The notes below the pieces were generated by a model. The model had not been told where the DNA came from, did no database searches, and was given only the letters and a program-made list of their open reading frames with translations. A stretch of 61,818 bases of DNA, filler included, from Fonticula-like sp. SCN 57-25 (taxonomy: Eukaryota), in NCBI GenBank assembly GCA_001724245.1. It is 4 parts of 4 records of this genome, joined end to end, with 100 filler letters (N's around TTAATTAATTAA, not from the genome) between each part and the next. Parts side by side here need not be neighbours in the genome. Positions count along the whole stretch, not along the records: positions 1 to 15,677 come from MEDX01000135.1; 3 more parts are not named here. One strand, given 5' to 3'. Position 1 is the stretch's first letter, and each line of letters starts with the position of its first letter. This document shows positions 1 to 12,043 of the stretch, piece by piece. The position numbers were made by a program, and so were the translations under genes.

Positions 1-228
1 ACTCCATAGCTGTCTGGCAGGACGCCCACGCCACTAGACGCCTCGCAGCCTATCTCCAACTGATCGAGCTTTTTACTTTGCTTCGTGTACGTACTTCTCT
101 TTGTTGTAAAATACAAGTTCTGACCCTCTGTTACATTTTAAATAGTACTCTCTTATGACGCCAAAGTAACACAAAGATATATACTCATTCATTGATATAG
201 CCAGTCTAAAACGACAAATCAACAGGTA

Positions 229-1795
229 CTATTTTAGCGCATTCTGCAAAAGCTGCATGCGATTCAATTGCTCCACCTCGTGATCAACAGCCCTGGTTAC
301 GAGCTCAAACAAAAGCTTGCGCGTATCCTGCACACGCTCCGCATCCACTCGAACAAGTTCGGTCCTCAGTGCCTCCGTTGTACTGTTGAAAGCATCGCGT
401 GCCTCTTGCTCCAATTTTTCGGCGTCTGCCAGAGCTGCCTCGGCACTTGCAAGCTGCTCCGCAGCCTTCTCAGAGGTCGATGCACGTGCGCGTTCTGTTG
501 CTTCACGTCGCTTTTTAACATTTTTGATTGCCATTTCGTATGCTGCGCTCAAATCCACGCGGTACTTTAACGCATCCTATACACGTAGCCCGTCAGATGG
601 AATAGTTCTCACAAAAAAAATCTTCGCACCTTGGTGGCTTGCAGAACATGATTGCTGTACGCAAAATGGTCGTCGAGGAGAGCCCCAACTGACGTCGCAT
701 TAGAAGATACCATCTCCGAAGAATGAACGAATGACTTTCCGACCACATGTAGTAGTCTACACCATGTTACTCGAAAGCACAAACAACGTATTAAGTCCGT
801 ACTCTGTCATCTCGGCGCCCGTGCTCGCTGTCGCACCCCACGATTCCAACTTTGCTGCAACTTCACCCTCCTTTGAAGACATGCCTTTAGCAATGGGTAA
901 GAAAACGCCCCTGAAGAGTGCACGACTTCGTACGACGACGCTCGTCGAAGAGAGTATCCGAGGCCTTTTGACAGGCGCGGACAGTAGTCGTCAGCTGCTG
1001 AATCTGGTCCTTTCGCTGCAAAAACACTTCATCATGTTCAACAACCTGGGACCCAGGTGCAAGACGCTTCAACTGAGCGGCAATGCCACGCTTCCTGCGC
1101 CGCACGCGCTCAATGTCTGTCCCCTGAACGAACGCCTGGACGACCAGCGACTGCGACAAACGAGGGTGCGTTGTAACCTTTTCAAGAAATCGCTGAACGT
1201 CTGCTTGAATCATCCCTACATCAACGTTGTTACTCACCCTGGTAGCCGCCAGCGCAGGAATGACGCAGTCCGGGAAATCAACCTGAAGCCGGGTCTGCAG
1301 GCCTAGGATGCTCGAAAACGTGAGTGTCGCCTCGAACGAGCCGGTTGAAAAGGACGTTGCGTCGGTCTGCAAAAGACCGTCAGCAGTAGGTAAAAAAAAG
1401 GCGGAAGCGTGCCTTTGTATGCAACTTGAACGTAACGTCCTTACCGTCACGGGTCGCGTCAGACACATTCACAGTGATAGCCACTTCGGGAAGGGTGGCT
1501 TGCTCATCCTGTAAGGGCCCGTTAGCAACAGCAAAGGCAAAGCTCTCCACATACCGAGAAAGGGATATGCTGCTCCCCGTCTTGCACGTCTTCCCCGTGG
1601 TCCTCATGAGCATCTTGGCTCTGTCGATTCACTAGTTAGCACTTGAGGCATGGGTGCAGTCCGGATTCGATACCCATTCCTCGTTCCACTGCTCGTCCTA
1701 AAACAAAATGAGAACATCGCAACAATCTGTCCAAAACGCACCTGTCCTGCATAGTCCGTCGCCCCGTTATCGGCGTTGTCGTCAATGTCAGCCAT
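229..1795 (-). CDS. PX-BAR sorting nexin, SNX5/SNX6-like (multi-exon)
   Basis: Spliced translation reads ITVNVSDATRDGKDVTFKLHTK|TDATSF..., like the SNX5/6 PX start (DISDALSERDKVKFTVHTK). It continues with FLEKVTTHPRL and a helical BAR-like C-terminus. ATG at 1795, TAG at 229-231. Confidence 0.75.
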
Positions 1796-1897
1796 TGTGG
1801 TCTTGTTGGTACAGCAGCTCTCGTACTCCTGACCGAAGTGCAGTTTTGTTTGGACCGGGCCTCAGCAATCCCACCTTATCCACGTGGCCAAAGGAAG

Positions 1898-2544
1898 ATG
1901 TCGTCGATCTCGGCGGTGGAGGATGTCGATGATGTCCCGGTTCCCGCGCCCGTTTCTAAAGGGCAGGTCCCTTCATTTGGGCGGTATGCGGTATACCTAT
2001 TTATGTAGGGGTGGACTAACCATGGGGGGTTCTTTAGGTGGGTGTGCGTCTATCCGGCCTACCTTAACAAGACGCTGAGCCTTGAGGGCGGTCGAAAGGT
2101 GAGCAAAGCTGTTGCAGTAGACAACCCGACTGCTAGGGAAATTGCTGTAGCTTGCCACACTTTGAAGTTTTCGGCAGTTCTTGAAGTACTTATTGTTATC
2201 CTGGAGGGGTTCATTGGCTAATTGATGTTAGGAGCGGAAACGGCATCCTCGTGACTTTTTCACCTTTGGCCGAGTTCGCGTGCAACTCTTTGAGGAGGAC
2301 GGCAAGACACCAAAGTACCCGTCCGTTACTTCCCGTACGGTTAGTGCCGCTGTATTGCTATTGCTTACATGCTTTATTTCCACGCAAAGGGAAATTGTTG
2401 TTGGAAGCGCTGTGCAAGTCCATGGCCGACCGCAGGGCCAGTGAAGTTGACGAGGTCAAGTCGTCGCCGACCTCGAACGTGGCTCAGTCGTCTGCTTCCA
2501 CGGAGAGCAGCTCGGGATCACGCAAGAAGAAGGGCGGAAGGTAA
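1898..2544 (+). CDS. SRP19: Signal recognition particle 19 kDa protein (4 exons)
   Basis: Spliced motifs RWVCVYPAYLNKTLSLEGGRKVSKAVAVDNPT and KRHPRDFFTFGRVRVQL, plus a basic C-terminal tail RKKKGGR. Confidence 0.92.
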
Positions 2545-2614
2545 AATGCAGAGTATTCATAGGAAGTTCCTTTTGCGAATTACATTTATACACACATAAT
2601 ACAGTACATGAACA

Positions 2615-3760
2615 TCATTTTCTCCGAATGTTTCTCTCGATTTTCCTCTTTTTGATAACAGCACCCACCTCCTCCTTCTCATCAACACCTGGTTCTCCAA
2701 CCGACTCTGCGAGGGAAACTACTGCTTGCTTCTCCTGAAACTTGAAGCTAGCTACCGCGTCCCCCGTCAGGTCGTCTTCATCGCTGTCCGGGTCGACGAG
2801 AGCCTTGGCAGAAGCAGCAGTATCCTCTTGCTTGGCTTCCACGAAGGGCTCGGCGGTAGGTTGCGCGGCAGGGACCGGGGCGTACGCAGGTGTCGAGCGC
2901 TGCCAGGAGCCGTAGGGGTGAAGCTCGAGGCCCTCACGCACACGAACTAGCTCCTCCCGCCGAGCCTCCTCCAGCTCTCGCTTCTTTTGCACAGCAAGTT
3001 CCTGCGCAGAAAAAGGTTGAGCCGGAGGCTCTGAGTCGGCTGGAAGGTCAGGAAGAGCATCGGCCGCCTCGCCAGATTCGTCATCCTCAGAGCTCTCGCT
3101 TTCACCACGCGAAGCGTCCTGCTGGGTTGGCAGCCGGGCACCACGTGCTGCCGCCGCCGCTTCCGCCTCTGCCGCCCAACGGCCCTTCCCAGAAACTCCT
3201 GCCATTCCAGTATAGTATCCCGCAGCAGTGGCCTGGGCACCAGGGTCCACCACCGATTGCCCGCTGCTGACATGCAGGTTCCACTGCGAAAAACCGTGCG
3301 CAGTGGCGGCAGCCAGCGCCCGCGCAGAGTCGTCCACAACAACGCCGTGCATGGACGCCTGAAGGTCTCGTGCGTGCGAACGGTGGGCGGCGGAATCGAT
3401 CTTTTGAAGCAGTCTGTTGACTCGAGCTTTCTCTGCCCTCTCAGCATCATTCTTGGAAGTAACCTGCGAAAGGTAGCGAGATATAGCCGACTTGTGCTGC
3501 GCACTGTTCTCGTGCTGCTGTCGAGTCTACAGCCACACTACCACATGAGCCACAAAGGCAAGGACAGCAAAGGCACGGACCACTTTGTTGTCGTTCATGT
3601 AAATGTTGCAGTGTGGGCACAGGTACCGCTGGTTGGTTTTGTACCTTGCGCGAGCATCAGACGCCGCTCTTTAACGGTTCAACAGTAAGAACCTTTCAAA
3701 AACAGCACAAAAGGAGCAGAGAGCGTCGTACGTGGCCCTCTGCGGCGGCGGTCGACTCAT
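2615..3760 (-). CDS. U1-type zinc-finger splicing factor, WBP4/FBP21-like (no WW domain seen)
   Basis: N-terminal YLCPHCNIYMNDN...QQHENSAQHK matrin/U1 finger, followed by the HPYGSWQ and FKFQEK...KKRK motifs typical of WBP4. Confidence 0.7.
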
Positions 3761-3881
3761 TTTGCTGTCCTGCCCTGCTCAACGTTTGGCGGGTCGCCAG
3801 TGAACAACCGTGAACGAGAAGGTGCAAATCAGTTTGCACTGTGTGGCAGGTGGTGCAGCAGGTGGCAATAGGGTGGCAAGC

Positions 3882-5278
3882 ATGTCGGCGCTGTCGCTCG
3901 AGGTCGTAGCCAGGTGCACCACAACCCGTGCCCGAGCCACAATATTACGCTTGCCACATGCGTCAGTTGACACACCAGTATTCATGCCCGTGGGCACGCA
4001 GGGCACGATGAAAGGCCTTACCCCGCAGCAGGTCAAAGATGTTGGTTGCAACCTGATCTTGGGCAATACTTACCACCTTGGAAACCGGCCTGGTCCCGAA
4101 GTGCTATCTGAGTTTGGCGGCCTGCACCGCTTCATGGACTGGGATCGTGCACTTCTTACCGATAGCGGAGGGTTTCAAATGGTGTCGCTTTTGAGGCTGG
4201 CCGAGATTACTGAGGTACGCAGCCCGATCGATGTCTGTCACATGGGTTAACAGTGTGGCCCAGGATGGCGTCGAGTTCGAGTCGCCTCATGATGGGAGCC
4301 GGCTGATGCTTACGCCCGAAAAGTCCATTGAGTTACAGAACACGATTGGCGCCGACATTTTGATGCAACTGGACGACGTGGTAAACCCCATGTCTACTCC
4401 AGAGCGTATCGAGGAGGCCATGCATCGCTCCATCCGGTGGCTGGATCGCTGGTGCGACGATTTCTTGTTTCAAACTGAGCAAGCCTAGCTGACTGCTCTT
4501 TTCCACAGCATTGCTGCTCACAGTCGGCCCACGGAGCAAAATCTATTCGCGATTATCCAGGGCGGCCTCAATTTTGACCTTCGCGCGCAATGCGCCCGCG
4601 AAATGGTGGCTCGCGATCTGCCCGGCTACGCCATTGGAGGGCTCAGCGGAGGCGAGGACAAGGATGCATTTTGGCGTGTTGTTCATTTTACGGCGCCTCT
4701 ACTACCCGAGAACAAGCCTCGGTATTGCATGGGCGTCGGGTACGTGAAGAGATCGGTGCCTTTCCTTGCTGATTCATGATTGCGTTAGGTTTGCGGTTGA
4801 TCTGGTTGTCTGTGTAGCCATGGGCGTGGATATGTTTGACTGTGTGTTTCCAACACGCACCGCTCGGTTTGGAACCGCTCTCGTGCCCTGGGGAAATATG
4901 GCGCTCAAGCAGGCGCGCTACGCCGCTGACATGCGACCAATTGACGAGGACTGCTCGTGCCTCACATGCCGCACCTGTACGCGTGCCTACCTTCATAGCA
5001 TAGTGACAAGAGAGACTGCCTCGTGCCATCTTCTTTCAATCCACAACATCGCCTACCAGATGCGTCTTATGAAGGGCATGCGCGAAGCCATCCTTGCGGA
5101 CAAGTACGAATCCGCATCGCCATTCATGCCGCTAAACGCAGCACGTTCTAGGTTTCCCGCATATGTTCGGACGTTTATGGAGACGATGTTTGCCGACTCG
5201 CCTTACCCACAATGGGCTGTTAACGCACTCGGCGCCGTGGGAATTTTGCTACCTCGGTCGGCAACCGAGTCTGCATAG
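3882..5278 (+). CDS. QTRT1: Queuine tRNA-ribosyltransferase catalytic subunit
   Basis: Motifs [40 protein letters not shown] and a CxCxxC...H zinc site. Canonical GT-AG introns. Confidence 0.96.
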
Positions 5279-5363
5279 ACGTAGTCTGGTCTCATTCATG
5301 TTAAAATATACTACAACCCGAAGCGTGGGAATGAACTCGAGCAGCATAGACAGACAAATGATA

Positions 5364-5768
5364 TTACAACTCGTCGCGAACAGGAGTACAGACGCAGGCT
5401 GCTGACCTAAGAGCCGTGAAGTCTTCACAGCCCCCTTGGGACTTGAACCAAGACATGAACCTGTCTATTTCCTTAAAGCATGACTGGTCTGCTTTGCAAG
5501 CGTTCATGCTACACAGCGCAAACTGCTGGTCACATTGCTCTTTACCCGTTGTGCACTGAAAATAGCACGTCCGAAGTGCTTCGCAGCACGGATGTTGGCA
5601 AAGGGGCATGTGCTGAACGAGCTCGGAAAAATTAGGTAGACCGTCTATCCTCACTGCTCGGGGCTCTGTCCCTTCATCGCACCTCCAATCGCAAACAGCT
5701 GATTCGCTCGCATGTTTCGTGAATAGAGTTGCCAACAGTACGAGCCACAGCAACGACGAAATGCGCAT
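5364..5768 (-). CDS. Group XII secretory PLA2-like protein, probably catalytically dead, with C-terminal RDEL
   Basis: Signal peptide, then Cys pattern CC----CY--C---K--CD--F--C----C and terminal AACVC as in PLA2G12. The HD dyad is replaced by LR. Confidence 0.7.
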   Translation of the reverse strand: MRISSLLWLVLLATLFTKHASESAVCDWRCDEGTEPRAVRIDGLPNFSELVQHMPLCQHPCCEALRTCYFQCTTGKEQCDQQFALCSMNACKADQSCFKEIDRFMSWFKSQGGCEDFTALRSAACVCTPVRDEL

Positions 5769-5969
5769 GGTTATTGGGCGCGGGCGAGCGAGTCAGAGGC
5801 GAGTGCAGAACAAGTGGAGTCGCCGGTGCGCCGATGCGCCGATGGTCCAAGCTACCCCCAACTATGCGCAAGTCACCCCCAATAATTGACGAATCAAAAG
5901 GTCGGTTTCAGTCGGTCAGCGCTTTTGTGTCGTTCCTCCAATCTACGCACATCGTCGCGCGTCGGGAGG

Positions 5970-6848
5970 ATGGTACGCCATCTCTCTGCAGGTTATGTTT
6001 CCTTGCGTTCATGGCTAAACGCGTTTTGGTTACCATTTTGTTTTTTGAATTTGTCATTTTAGAGCATTACCGAATATAATGGTGCGGCCATGATTGCCAT
6101 GGTCGGCGACGGCTGCGTCGCGATTGCCGCCGACCGTCGCCTTGGCGTGCAGGGCCAGACACTCAGCACAGACTTCCAGAAGATCTTCCGCATCCACGAC
6201 CAACTTTATATTGGCCTTGCGGGTCTTGCTACCGACGTGCAGACTTTGTGCGCGCCGTTTTCGCTTACTTTCATCAGCGTCTATTAACACGCCGGTCCTT
6301 TCCCTCTTATTTGTTTCTTTCCATCGCGTTCGGTCTGTTACTCTGCCCGTATCAGGATGGAGACGTTCCGCGCTCGCACAAACATGTACAAGCTTCGTGA
6401 GGAGCGCGATATCCGCCCCGAGACGTTCATTCACTTAGTTTCGTCGACTCTTTATGAGCGGAGGTTTGGGCCGTGGTTTGTGGATCCCCTCGTTGCCGGA
6501 ATTGATCAGCAGACCAAGAAGCCTTTCATTGGTTCAACTGACCTTATTGGCTGCATTAACTTTGCGGAGGACTTTGTGGTGGCGGGTACCTGCTCGCCTA
6601 ACCTTTACGGCATGTGCGAGGCACTCTGGCGTCCCAACCTCGGGCCGGAAGATCTTTTTGAGACCATCTCCCAGGCCCTCATCAATGCATTTGACCGCGA
6701 TGCTCTCAGTGGCTGGGGTGCCGTTGTTCATATCATGTACGCATTTACTGGAGCTGGTGAGCCGTAATTAACCTTTTTTTTGCTTTCATTTTTGCATAGT
6801 ACGCCGACCGAGGTCATCACGCGGACACTCAAAACACGCATGGATTAA
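5970..6848 (+). CDS. PSMB3: Proteasome subunit beta type-3 (first coding exon is ATG only)
   Basis: [16 protein letters not shown]..., [26 protein letters not shown] and C-terminal TRTLKTRMD*. Confidence 0.96.
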
Positions 6849-7203
6849 CAAACGAGTTGGTATGATATGAGTATTGCGTTTTAGTTTGACGAAAGCGGCA
6901 ATTTTAATTGCTTTTCAATAAATTCATTCGTTTAATCAGCACCCACGGGCCCCTGTGAGTTTTTGTGAATCGCGCAACATGGTGATGGTTTGAAGTAAAA
7001 GTTCGTGTTGCGTACATTAGGCCTTACTTTTTTTTAAAGGTCCTTAAGCACTGTGCTGTGCTCACAGTTCAGGAGCACAGTTCAGGATGATGTAATTGGC
7101 CTAAATCGAGTCCATGAACCATTGTGTATGGCTTTAGCTTTGTGACGTACATGCGCACAGTACATGTTTATATAGAAATATTTGACAGTGTAACTATATC
7201 GAC

Positions 7204-7277
7204 GGCCGCGTGGCCAAATTGGATAAGGCGCCTGACTACGGATCAGGAGATTCTGCGTTCGAGTCGCAGCGTGGTCG
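7204..7277 (+). tRNA. tRNA-Arg(ACG)
   Basis: GGCCGCG/CGTGGTC acceptor stem, anticodon arm CCTGA-CTACGGA-TCAGG, T-loop GTTCGAGT and a downstream oligo-T Pol III terminator. Confidence 0.95.
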
Positions 7278-7450
7278 ATATTTTTTGATTCTTTTTGAAT
7301 GATCACGTGACCACTATGAAATGATAGCGATGTAGAGGAGTACTGCTATACGCGGTGTGTACATTCCAAATGGTACCCATACCAGTATAGTAGTGTAGAA
7401 TGCAATTTATTTTGAGTTTTACTCATTTTTACAGGAAAGCGAAACCGTTT

Positions 7451-9872
7451 TCATTTGCGTCTGCCACCACGTTCCTTGTGGACGAGCTGAATGCGTACAT
7501 GAGAAGGCATATTAAGAGCGGCCATTGTCTGCGCATCCTTGAGGAATCCAAGAGCGTCGTGCTTGAGATTGAACTTGTTGGCTGCAAGGCCGACCCGTTG
7601 GCTGAGCGTTTCTTTTACCGAACCGACGCTTGCCGTGAGGGGCACGGTCACCATCTCAACAGTCCCCGCGGCACCCTCGGTGGCCGACGGTACAGCTACC
7701 TCAATGTTAACCGAGTGCTTATTGGCAGCAAGGAAATCCGCTTCAGAGATGAGCGCCGCTGGCTCATCCATGCGCTGGCGCTTGGCGTCGGGCTGTCCCA
7801 TCGGCGGCGGCGGCATCATTCCGGGCATGAGCGGAGGAGCGCCAGGCAGCATGAGCGGCATTCCCTGCGCGGACATTCCTTGCTGCTGCGGCATCACCGG
7901 CATCATGCCTGGCATAATGCCTCCAGGTGCCATTCCGGGGAACTGCAATCCCATCGGGGGAGCCGGCGGGAGGAAAGTGTTCGCTCCCCAGTTTGCGGTC
8001 GGAACTGCGGGCACGGGCATCGGGAACGCAGGCGCAGCATACGGCTGGCTTGTCGGGACGCCGAGGCGCGGGCCAGCGATGGGCTGCTCCGGTTCGGCTG
8101 CTCGCGGACGCGCCATCTCCTCCATTGCGCGCTGCTGAGCGAGAGCAGTCACCTTATCAACCGAATCGCTGTGGCCGTCCCACGCACGAACTGCCTTGGC
8201 CTCGGTGCTCTCGCCATCGGACGGCGCCGTGACAGTGGTGCCGCCACCAAAAATGTCCTTGCGCTTCTCGGCAAAGCGCGCCAGGTTGGCGCTCACATCG
8301 ATCTCTGAATCACCGCGCGTTAATATGCAATAGCGGCCCGAAAAAGTGCGTACGCGGGCCTGCAAGTGCTTCCTTGTTCCGCTGCAGCATGAGCTCGCGC
8401 TGCTCCTTCCACTTGGAATCCAAAAGCTCAATGCGCAAATGCTTGTTGGCTTCTTCCGCAGATACAGTTTCTCCACGGAACACAAACGACGGCTGCTCTG
8501 CTTTTCCAGCGCCTCCCTGCATAGCTACAAATCAAACAAGTGTCAGCGAATAGTGAAGATAATAACAAGGTCGGTAGTACCCTTGGGCACGTAGTCCTTT
8601 CGAATCTTGATGGCCGTCGACCCCGGCGCCGACGGCTCGGCAGCCTGCTCACCCGGAGGAGGCTTGCTGACGTCTTCATCGACGTCCATTTCGGCCTCCT
8701 CCTGCTCGTCACCTGCGGAAGCGGATGCTGTCGTAGTCGCAGCGCCAGGAGCAACGGCGGGAAGTGCCGCCAGGCGCTTCTCCGCCATACTGCGCAAACG
8801 GAGCTGTTCCACTGTCGCGGGGGTGGGGAGCTCGGTCTGATCATCTTCCGGCGTAAAAGTAATGGCACCCGCAACAACAAAGTCCTGCCAATCAATTGAC
8901 AAAAACGCCTCTACAACACGCAAAGTAAGCAAAAAAACCTGGTAAAACCACCTGAAGCTACGCACGCCGCTCCTTCTCAGCTTCAATCTCCGACTGTGCC
9001 CTCTCCTTCTCCTTCAGCTGCAACCACGCGACACGCTGCGTAACACGGTCCAAAATCTACAACAAAATTAATAAACAACAAAGACGCACACCAGCCACGC
9101 ACTGCTGTTCTGTTTGCGACGTTTTCGCGAAGGCGCTCCTTGGTCGCCTTTGACGGAACAAGTACTTTGGTGTAGTGCTCCACGAGCTTTGTAAAGTACC
9201 CAAAGAGCGAGTGATTCTGGCGCAAAAAGTCAAATTGATGGTTCTTTCCCTCCATGCGGGCAAGTGTAGCAAGGAACTGACGGCCGTTACGAGCCACAAA
9301 CTGAGCCGTCAGGCGAACAACGTCACTGATCGGCAAACACATGTTAGAATAGCGAAATACCAAGGAAAGGCTACGAGACGCACAGGTCCGCGGCGGATAT
9401 CACAGGAAGCTCTGTCAAAAACTCCCACGGCGGTGGCTCGCGCACTACTGCCGCGGGTCCCGCTGCTTGTGCCTGAGCACCTTTGATGGCGGCGGCGGGA
9501 GATCCAGTGGTCGTGGCACTGGCTGGTGCAGACTCTGCTACCGGTGCCCCAGCTTCAGCAAGCAGTTGCTGAAGACGTTGACGGTAATACGCGTGATACG
9601 CGTCCGTCGGGTTCAGAAAGCTAAACTTTGCGTTATTGCGCTCGTTGTCCCGGATGCGCATCTCGAACGCGGGTCCATTTCGAGCAACAAAGGTGGCGGC
9701 CTTGTCAACGATGACTACAGCAGCATCAGTACAAAGCCAGTAAAACCGAATGGTCAGTTAGATTTCGTTCATGCACACCTTTCATTTCCGGTGGTGGAAT
9801 AATAACACCGGTAAAACCGCCGTCGGCAGGCCCCATGGGCGACGCGCCCATCGCTTCCTCGACGGTGGCCAT
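7451..9872 (-). CDS. SF3A1: Splicing factor 3A subunit 1 (Prp21)
   Basis: GVIIPPPE start, two SURP domains (FSFLNPTDAYHAYY; VRLTAQFVARNG...FDFL), IDWQDFVV, a Pro-rich region and a C-terminal ubiquitin-like domain ending KERGGRRK. Confidence 0.95.
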
Positions 9873-10010
9873 CGCGCTGTCTAGAAACCGTCTCTGAACG
9901 ATGGTGATTCTCACTTTAGAGTCGATTTTGACGAGTCGCAAGCCGCAGTCCAGGAGGTGCTGGCAAGCATACAACCTAGGCGCAGCAGGACAGCAGGCCA
10001 CTGGGCAAGG

Positions 10011-10498
10011 ATGCTGCCCGCAACAACTGTCGTTCAGCTGCAGCCAGGCTTGTGCGGGGTCTCGCTCAACGTCAGGGTGTTTGAGGTAGCGGGAAAGGCA
10101 AAGGTTACGACGAGTACGGCTGCTGCTCCCGACGGTCGCAAACTAACCACAGGAACGTAGAGTCCACAAACGATGAGCATACTTCAGCTACTTTTCTGGT
10201 TGGGGACGGAACCGCAACCATATCGCTTTTTGGAGAGAACAGTGCGTCACTCGCTCATAGTGATAGTTGCCATGTCTCATCGAATAATTTAGAAAATGTA
10301 GACATTCTCGAGGATGCGGTTGGCGGGTGGGTCAACCTGACAGGAGTGCACACCTATATTTTTCGTAGAAGGATGTATGCTGCGCTACTTTCAAACGCAA
10401 CGATAGAAAAAGTGGATGAGAGCAGAGAGGTGGAGTTTGGGGTTGACATGTCCGCTCGTGAGTATGAGCTTCGGCCGGCACGTTCTATGTTGTACTAA
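10011..10498 (+). CDS. Small OB-fold ssDNA/RNA-binding protein (SSB1/At4g28440-like), 3 exons, about 129 aa
   Basis: Exons 10011-10113, 10161-10241 and 10293-10498 splice to VVQLQPGLCGVSLNVRV...FLVGDGTATISLFGEN...DMSAREYEL, matching the OB-fold pattern LKPG...CLVGDETG...NLSLVEYEL. Confidence 0.7.
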
Positions 10499-10791
10499 TA
10501 AGTGTGTGCGTATATTCATCTTGGTTATCATGTGAGCCGTGGTGATGTTGTACAGTATGTCATATAGCGATGTTATTATTATTTTTGTTATTTTTTTCCC
10601 CGATGAACAATCATATAGGAAAGAAATCGAAACCAAACGCACGAAACCAAAAGAAACCATTGCACGTCAACAGGCAGGCCTGTGGGTATGGGTGGAAATC
10701 AAAAGTGCACCAGACAAAGCACCGCACACACGCACACACTTTAATACAACTACTACTGATTCACCGTCATGAACTTTGACGAAAAGGGCGT

Positions 10792-11703
<912 letters not shown>

Positions 11704-11820
11704 CTAACAAACGCAAGTAAGCCAAAGCCATGAATGGAAAAAGGTCGCCGTCTGCAGAAAAGATGGCGTACGGGAGCACAAAAGTTCTCGACGGTGCGAC
11801 GAGCGACGAAAAGAACACAG

Positions 11821-11879
11821 CGCGCGCAAAGTAATTTTTCTTCGCGCCAAAAATTCGCGCCAAATCTAGTCGGTTTGAA
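11821..11879 (-). promoter_or_regulatory. Tandem E2F sites plus CHR-like element upstream of PCNA
   Basis: TTTGGCGCGAA occurs twice on the minus strand (11841-11851, 11854-11864). TTTGCGCGCG lies at 11821-11830 and TTTGAA at 11874-11879. Confidence 0.7.
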
Positions 11880-12043
11880 CCATACCAAATCTGTCAGATC
11901 ACAGTGTCAGATTTGACGATTTGACAGGATCATTTCGATTGGATTTTGATTCGGCTAGTAGCCCCTGCGGTACACACAAGTGTGACAAATAAAAGATCAG
12001 TAGTGTATTAAAAATTATCATTCTAAAATGAAACAGCCAAAGA

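Noticed and set aside
3882-7277. QTRT1 next to a tRNA gene as a functional tRNA-modification cluster
   Set aside because: Queuine is inserted in GUN-anticodon tRNAs (Asp, Asn, His, Tyr), and this tRNA is Arg(ACG).
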